IMG/VR virus record: IMGVR_UViG_3300016265_000505
Coordinates: 1 to 39,439 of that record
DNA: 39,439 nt
Reading direction: 5' to 3' (one strand)
Source: a virus
Taxonomy: Duplodnaviria > Caudoviricetes
This document shows positions 34,322 through 39,439 of this stretch, piece by piece. How positions within the stretch are numbered: the first letter of the stretch is position 1; the number at the start of each line of letters is the position of its first letter. Under the pieces are notes generated by a model, which did not search any database, was not told the origin of the DNA, and was given only the letters and a program-made list of their open reading frames with translations. The translations under genes were made by a program, and so were the position numbers.

Positions 34322-35931
34322 GTTTGGTCTGGGAGAAGCATGAGGTTCTAAAGCCGCCTACGGATGCGGAGTTGGCGGCTATGTCCCCAGAGGACGTACT
34401 GAAGCTCCATGAGGTTTACCATTCGGCGATTGCGAATAGCAAACGCGACCCTTACAGGTATGGGTGGAAGCTGCCCCATTGGAAAGATGCAGAAGAGCTA
34501 CTGTCTACACATTCTGAGCTTCTGGTAAGCGGAGGCAATCGGTCAGGCAAGACAAGCTGGGCGGCTCATGCCGTGGTTAAGGCCGCGATTGAGAACCCTC
34601 AGTCAACAATCATGTGCTTTGCCCAGAATGCGGATGTTTCCATCCGTCAGCAGCAGAGTGCCGTATACGATGCGTTGCCTGAGGAGTACAGGGTGAAGGT
34701 CTTGGGTACTGAGGAAAATGTGTCATATACGCGAAAGAACGGCTTTAGCAAGGCATCCCTAATTCTTCCCGGTAGTAAGAGTTCTATCATCTTTAAGACC
34801 TATGCACAATTCCTCAACAATGACACTATTCTTGAAGGTGCTGAGCTTGGGTGCCGCGATCCTAAGTGGATTAACATTGGGGCTTGGTGTGACGAATACC
34901 TCGTCGGGCCTGAGCTTCTTGCTACTCTTCGCTTTCGCCTTGCCACTAGGAATAGCAAGCTGGTGGTCACTTTCACTCCTATCGACGGGTACACCGAGGT
35001 GGTGCGAGATTATGTCCAATCCGCAGAAACCCTCAGAAGCAAACAAGCAGAACTCTTGGGGGGGCGTTCGGTTCCTTACCTGCAACGATCCAAAAACAGG
35101 GATGCAGGGATCATCTACTTCCACAGTAGGGACAATCCCTTCGGTGGTTATGACCGCATCTCCAAAGACCTAGCTGGTAGGCCAGAGCCTGAGATTCTAA
35201 CCCGAGCTTATGGCATCGCTACGAAGTCGATGTCCACCAAGTTCCCTAACTTCTCGCGGGAAGTAAATGTGGTTCCGCATGAGAAGATTGATCTGAAGGG
35301 TAAGACCAAGTACATGGTTCTGGACCCTGCTGGCAGGAAGAACTGGTTCATGTGCTGGATTGCGGTGGACGAGACGGACACTTGGTTTGTCTATCGCGAA
35401 TGGCCCGATGTGAACGTGGGTGATTGGTCCAAGTGGGCTGGGGGCAAGTGGATTAGCGGAGAAGGGGCTAAGGGGTTGGGATATGGCATCAGGGACTACG
35501 TTGACCTCATCATGGGTCTTGAGAACGAAACCCAAGACTCCATCTTTGAGCGTCTCATTGACCCGCGTCTAGGCGCAGCCAAATATCAGACACAAACCGG
35601 AGCTTCGTCCATTATAGAAGACCTAAATGACGCTGGGTTGGTTTTCCTCCCAGCCCCCGGCATTGACATTGAGGATGGCTTGCAAGCCCTGCAAACCAAG
35701 ATGGCCTACAACAAGAAGGCTCCATTGGACAGCGTCAACAGACCCCACTTCTACATCTCAGACCGTTGTCAGAACATCATCCAAGCCCTACAGGAGTACA
35801 CCGCAGAGGGTGGAACTGATGAGGCATGGAAGGACCCTGTGGACGTTTTGCGCTATGCAGCGGTGGCTGGAGCCAATTTTGTTGACCCACGATCCTTACG
35901 AACCATAAAACCTGCTGGTAGAGCCTATTAG
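34318..35931 (+). CDS. Terminase large subunit
   Basis: GGNRSGKT Walker A, AWCDE Walker B, TFTP, LDPAG RNase H-like nuclease, KDPVDVLRY. Confidence 0.92.
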   Translation: MSLVWEKHEVLKPPTDAELAAMSPEDVLKLHEVYHSAIANSKRDPYRYGWKLPHWKDAEELLSTHSELLVSGGNRSGKTSWAAHAVVKAAIENPQSTIMCFAQNADVSIRQQQSAVYDALPEEYRVKVLGTEENVSYTRKNGFSKASLILPGSKSSIIFKTYAQFLNNDTILEGAELGCRDPKWINIGAWCDEYLVGPELLATLRFRLATRNSKLVVTFTPIDGYTEVVRDYVQSAETLRSKQAELLGGRSVPYLQRSKNRDAGIIYFHSRDNPFGGYDRISKDLAGRPEPEILTRAYGIATKSMSTKFPNFSREVNVVPHEKIDLKGKTKYMVLDPAGRKNWFMCWIAVDETDTWFVYREWPDVNVGDWSKWAGGKWISGEGAKGLGYGIRDYVDLIMGLENETQDSIFERLIDPRLGAAKYQTQTGASSIIEDLNDAGLVFLPAPGIDIEDGLQALQTKMAYNKKAPLDSVNRPHFYISDRCQNIIQALQEYTAEGGTDEAWKDPVDVLRYAAVAGANFVDPRSLRTIKPAGRAY

Positions 35932-35932
35932 T

Positions 35933-36313
35933 ATGCCTGTTGCATTCAAAGACCTGTCCGACGAGTTGAACATAACGAAATTCCAATTGGCGAAACTTCG
36001 TGACGAGAAGCTGTCGCCTAATGAGTACTACTCGGAGGAAGGACGTAAGTTCTTTACGGATGAGGGTGCGGAGAAGATTAGGCTCGCTGTGGCTGTCCCA
36101 TTGGCTGTTCCCAAGCGAGTAAAGATGCGGGTGATTCGTCGAGCCCCCAATCCGCATTGGGTTTACGCACTTCCAGAAGGTGGTGGTAGTGTGGTTCCTG
36201 TAGCTGTAAGACCCCGTGATTGTGATAGGCTGATCGGTAAGCCCATTTTCGCTGATCTAATCACAGACGCCAACGGAGGCACCACCTATCGGCATGAAGT
36301 CCTCGGACGGTGA
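35933..36313 (+). CDS. Hypothetical protein
   Basis: ORF between terminase and portal; APNPHWVY motif. Confidence 0.65.
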   Translation: MPVAFKDLSDELNITKFQLAKLRDEKLSPNEYYSEEGRKFFTDEGAEKIRLAVAVPLAVPKRVKMRVIRRAPNPHWVYALPEGGGSVVPVAVRPRDCDRLIGKPIFADLITDANGGTTYRHEVLGR

Positions 36314-36512
36314 CATCACCCTAAATCCCGAGTGGCAGGCCGAGCAGATGGACCGCCTTCTCGGCTTTGAGATTTTGACGCGAAGTCTCAATGCCCAATA
36401 CCAACCCATCAGTCCCGAAGTCTTGGCCGATAAAATCGGGGCGCACAAGGGCTATGCGTATACAATTGTACAGTCGATCCAGCGCAAACTGAATGCAAAC
36501 CAACGAAAATAA
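36294..36512 (+). CDS. Small possible HTH protein
   Basis: ISPEVLADKIGAHKGY. Confidence 0.5.
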   Translation: MKSSDGDITLNPEWQAEQMDRLLGFEILTRSLNAQYQPISPEVLADKIGAHKGYAYTIVQSIQRKLNANQRK

Positions 36513-38568
36513 CGAGTCCCTGACCTACGTTAAGGATGTCCCTAACGTATCTGCGCTGAAGAACGCCTACGACACGACGATTGGCGACTTGGATTGGTAC
36601 TTGCAGAGCACCCGTGATAGCTATGACTACCGCAGGAACATCTGGCCGGGGAAGTCAAAAGACCTCAGGAAGCACGGAGCAGACGCCTTCCCATTTGAAG
36701 GAGCGGCGGATTCGGAAGTACAAATCATCGACGAGCGCATCAACACCTACGTTGCGCTGTTTATGTCTGCGCTCAATCGGGCGCACATCAGGGCGTATCC
36801 GATAGAGCTTAATGACATGGGGCGGGCTAGGGTGGTGAGTGCCTTTCTGAAGTGGATGGTGGCCTCCTACATCCCCGACTTCAAGCGTCAGATGGAACTT
36901 GGTGCCAACTACCTGATGGAGCGCGGCATCATGGTGACCTATGTTGGCTGGCAGAAGGAAAACCGCACCTTCCTCCAGAGGCTTGATTTAAACCAAATTG
37001 CCCAAGTTAGCCCTGATTTGGCTAGGCTGATATTGGACGGGAAGTCTGACAGTCAGATTGTCGATTTGCTGAAGGCTCAGTTTGCTGGTTTGACGGATAA
37101 GCGGGCTAAGTCTGCCTTGAAGGAACTACGCAAGTCTGGTGTGGCTGAACTGCCTGTGGTTCGTCAAAGCGTCAATTGCCCCAAAGTGGCGGCTCTAGGG
37201 CCTGATTGCGACGTATTCTTCCCAGCCTATACGACTGATCCTCAGAAGGCCCCATATTGCTTCTGGCGCGTTTTAATGACCGCTCAGGAGCTCCGTAATA
37301 AGGTGAGCACGGAGGGTTGGGATGAGGAGTGGGTGGACAAGGTGCTGGAGATGAAGAGCAACGTGGTCGATATGAACGACCCACGGACGAACACCCAGTA
37401 CACCCGCATCTCAATGGATCAGTCTACTGATCTGTATGAGGTCATCTACTGCTACCAGAGGCTTGTTTCCAAGGAGGACAACTCCGAAGGCATCTACTGC
37501 ACGGTTTTCCACAACCAGTACTACGGGGATGCGGAGAACCCCAAGTACGCTAAGCACGAACTCTTGAACGGATATGATGACTATCCGTTCGTTGTCACCA
37601 AGCTAGGCGAGGATAACAAGCGGCTCTACGAGCTCGCCACCATTCCTGAGCAGCTTAGGGGCATTCAATGGCAGGTGAAGGTGGAACGCGATAGCCGAAT
37701 TGATCGGAACTCCTACGCGACACTACCTGCCATTCTCTATCCTGCTGGCACTCCTGCCCCTGAATGGGGTCCGGGCGTAAAGGTGGCCTATCGCCGTATG
37801 GGCGAGATTCAGTTTGGGCCTACTCCTCAGTATAACCCGGGCTCCGTAGAGATGGAGCGCACCCAGATTGATCAGGCTGACCGTCTGATGGGGTTGGATC
37901 ACAACAACCCGATGTCCCGCATCCGTCAGCAGTACTTCGTGGACAAGTTCCTGACCCATGTCAGGGATGTCCTACGCCTGACGTACAAGTGCTATCAGCG
38001 TTTTGGCCCTGAGGAAGTGTTCTTCCGCGTTACGGGTAACCCCGATCCGGTTCGTTTTGGTCGTGGTGATCCGAATGAGAACTTCGACATCAACATCAAC
38101 TTTGATGTCCTCAACACGGACCCGGAAACCCTTGAGGCCCAACTCAACCAATTTGTCAGCCTCTTGCAGTTCGACCGGAATGGCCGAATCAATGTTGACC
38201 GAATGTTGGAAGTGATGGCTGCGGCGGTCAATCCGCTCCTAGCTGATGCCGTCCTTCAGCCCGCCCAAGAAGCCCAGCAGCAAATCGTCAAGCAGGTCAC
38301 GGATGACCTGTCGAAGATTTACGCTGGGATTGAAGTGGGAGCCCGTCCTAATGGCGCTCAGGTCGCCATGCAGGTCATACAGCAGTATGTGCAGCAGCCC
38401 GACGTTTCGCAGCGGATGCAGTCCGACGAGGCGTTTTCTGCTCGCCTTCAGAAGTATGTCCAGCAATACCAGTTCCAGATGCAGCAGATGCAGAACGCCC
38501 AGATTGGGCGTCTCGGTACTGCTCCTGCTCAGATGGGACAGGTTCAGACACAAAACCTGAGCCAGTAA
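36493..38568 (+). CDS. Portal protein
   Basis: 691 aa after terminase, before scaffold; FPFEGAAD, YPFV, Q-rich C-terminus typical of podovirus portals. Confidence 0.85.
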   Translation: MQTNENNESLTYVKDVPNVSALKNAYDTTIGDLDWYLQSTRDSYDYRRNIWPGKSKDLRKHGADAFPFEGAADSEVQIIDERINTYVALFMSALNRAHIRAYPIELNDMGRARVVSAFLKWMVASYIPDFKRQMELGANYLMERGIMVTYVGWQKENRTFLQRLDLNQIAQVSPDLARLILDGKSDSQIVDLLKAQFAGLTDKRAKSALKELRKSGVAELPVVRQSVNCPKVAALGPDCDVFFPAYTTDPQKAPYCFWRVLMTAQELRNKVSTEGWDEEWVDKVLEMKSNVVDMNDPRTNTQYTRISMDQSTDLYEVIYCYQRLVSKEDNSEGIYCTVFHNQYYGDAENPKYAKHELLNGYDDYPFVVTKLGEDNKRLYELATIPEQLRGIQWQVKVERDSRIDRNSYATLPAILYPAGTPAPEWGPGVKVAYRRMGEIQFGPTPQYNPGSVEMERTQIDQADRLMGLDHNNPMSRIRQQYFVDKFLTHVRDVLRLTYKCYQRFGPEEVFFRVTGNPDPVRFGRGDPNENFDININFDVLNTDPETLEAQLNQFVSLLQFDRNGRINVDRMLEVMAAAVNPLLADAVLQPAQEAQQQIVKQVTDDLSKIYAGIEVGARPNGAQVAMQVIQQYVQQPDVSQRMQSDEAFSARLQKYVQQYQFQMQQMQNAQIGRLGTAPAQMGQVQTQNLSQ

Positions 38569-38779
38569 GGCGGTTCCACTTCTCCCTCAGGGAGTCGTAG
38601 TTTGCGGCATACAGCACCTCGTCCATAGCGAGGATGCGTCCGCTTATTTGTTGAAGACTCTCCGTCTTCAGGTCGTGGAGTTGTTTTACCCAGTACTCCC
38701 GACCGGCGTGGATTTCGTTCAGAAACTTGAGGAAATCCTGACTGTTGTGCAAACGCTCTATCACTTTAGGGTCCATCAT
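38375..38779 (-). CDS. Small helical protein, opposite orientation between portal and scaffold
   Basis: LQQISGRILAMDEVL core at 38569-38779; ORF continues antisense into the portal. Confidence 0.55.
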   Translation of the reverse strand: MMDPKVIERLHNSQDFLKFLNEIHAGREYWVKQLHDLKTESLQQISGRILAMDEVLYAANYDSLREKWNRLTGSGFVSEPVPSEQEQYRDAQSGRSASAASGTGIAGHTSEGEQKTPRRTASAAKRRAAAHTAV

Positions 38780-38885
38780 ATGTCCCTAGACATGACATTG
38801 TAGCTAAATAGGCAAGCACTAAAAGACTTGTGGTAGCATTTCGCCACGCAATCGCCAAGGCGCAAAGACGGCGGATCACAACTCT

Positions 38886-39439
38886 ATGTCAGAAGTCATA
38901 ACGTCAAACGCGGCAGACGCTAAACCAGCCGTGGAAAACAAGTCGATGTCGGACAAGGATTTCCTATCCTCCCGCATCGCCAAGCTAACAGCCAAAGCCC
39001 AACCGGCAGAGGCCCCGAAGCCTGAGTCGGCTCCCAAGGAAGAGGAACCCAAGGCTGAGTCTCCCTCACAGGAGGGCGAAACGAAGCCGAAGGAACCAAT
39101 CCCGAAGGAGGTTCTTTCAAAGGACGTAGACGAGCTAACGGATGAGGAGATTGCTGAACTAGCCCAAAAGGGTAAGAGTGGTCTACTCAAGCGAATCGCT
39201 GAACTGACTGCCAAGCGCAAGCTGGCTGAGGAGAAAGCGGCTTCCCTTGAGGCCATGATTTCTCAGGCCAAGCAGCAGATTCCTGAGCCGAAGGTTGAAA
39301 ACAACCCCTACGCCAACGTAAATGACATTCAAGAGCTCCAAGCCAAGCGCAAGGAGGTCGATGAGGTCATTGAGTGGGCTGAGGAGGTGTTGTTCCGTTC
39401 CGAAGATATGTCCGCAACCGATGTTGCTGTGACAGTTGA
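38886..39439 (+). CDS. Capsid scaffolding protein, N-terminal part
   Basis: MSEVITSNAA...; acidic/Pro-rich then KRIAELTAKRK; open to the end and continues at window start. Confidence 0.8.
   Translation, partial: MSEVITSNAADAKPAVENKSMSDKDFLSSRIAKLTAKAQPAEAPKPESAPKEEEPKAESPSQEGETKPKEPIPKEVLSKDVDELTDEEIAELAQKGKSGLLKRIAELTAKRKLAEEKAASLEAMISQAKQQIPEPKVENNPYANVNDIQELQAKRKEVDEVIEWAEEVLFRSEDMSATDVAVTV
39194..39439. repeat. Terminal direct repeat (copy 2)
   Basis: Identical to 1-246. Confidence 0.95.

Noticed and set aside
764-38568. Stop-codon reassignment
   Set aside because: Core genes are full length under the standard code, and TAA, TAG and TGA all terminate genes

Overview
This is a complete, circularly permuted tailed-phage genome of 39,193 bp. 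Bases 1-246 are identical to 39194-39439, an assembly overlap that splits the scaffold gene. The layout is podovirus-like. The + strand late arm carries terminase small and large subunits, portal, scaffold, a DUF5309/SU10-type major capsid, an adaptor, tail fibres, an S26-type peptidase, holin-like genes, a nozzle and three ejection proteins. The - strand early/middle arm carries a Gp88-like protein, DUF932, a lysozyme-like protein, an array of small modular genes, ThyX, DnaB, ERF, an SSB-like protein, a PD-(D/E)xK nuclease, HNH proteins and a metallophosphoesterase. I recognised no integrase, DNA polymerase, primase, RNA polymerase or tRNA. The host is inferred to be a PEP-CTERM/exosortase-using Gram-negative bacterium, plausibly Verrucomicrobiota. 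Most notable observations: (1) a 50-aa stand-alone PEP-CTERM mini-protein missed by the ORF track; (2) a ~1.9-kb putative first-injected region almost free of CAG/CTG and free of GATC, bracketed by ATTAG-N5-CTAAT palindromes (27-bp phased) and a 17-bp tandem repeat; (3) two tandem covarying three-way-junction RNA candidates; (4) a kissing-loop attenuator-like leader; (5) a SipW/Sec11-like signal peptidase. All family calls come from motif recognition by eye; no database searches were run.
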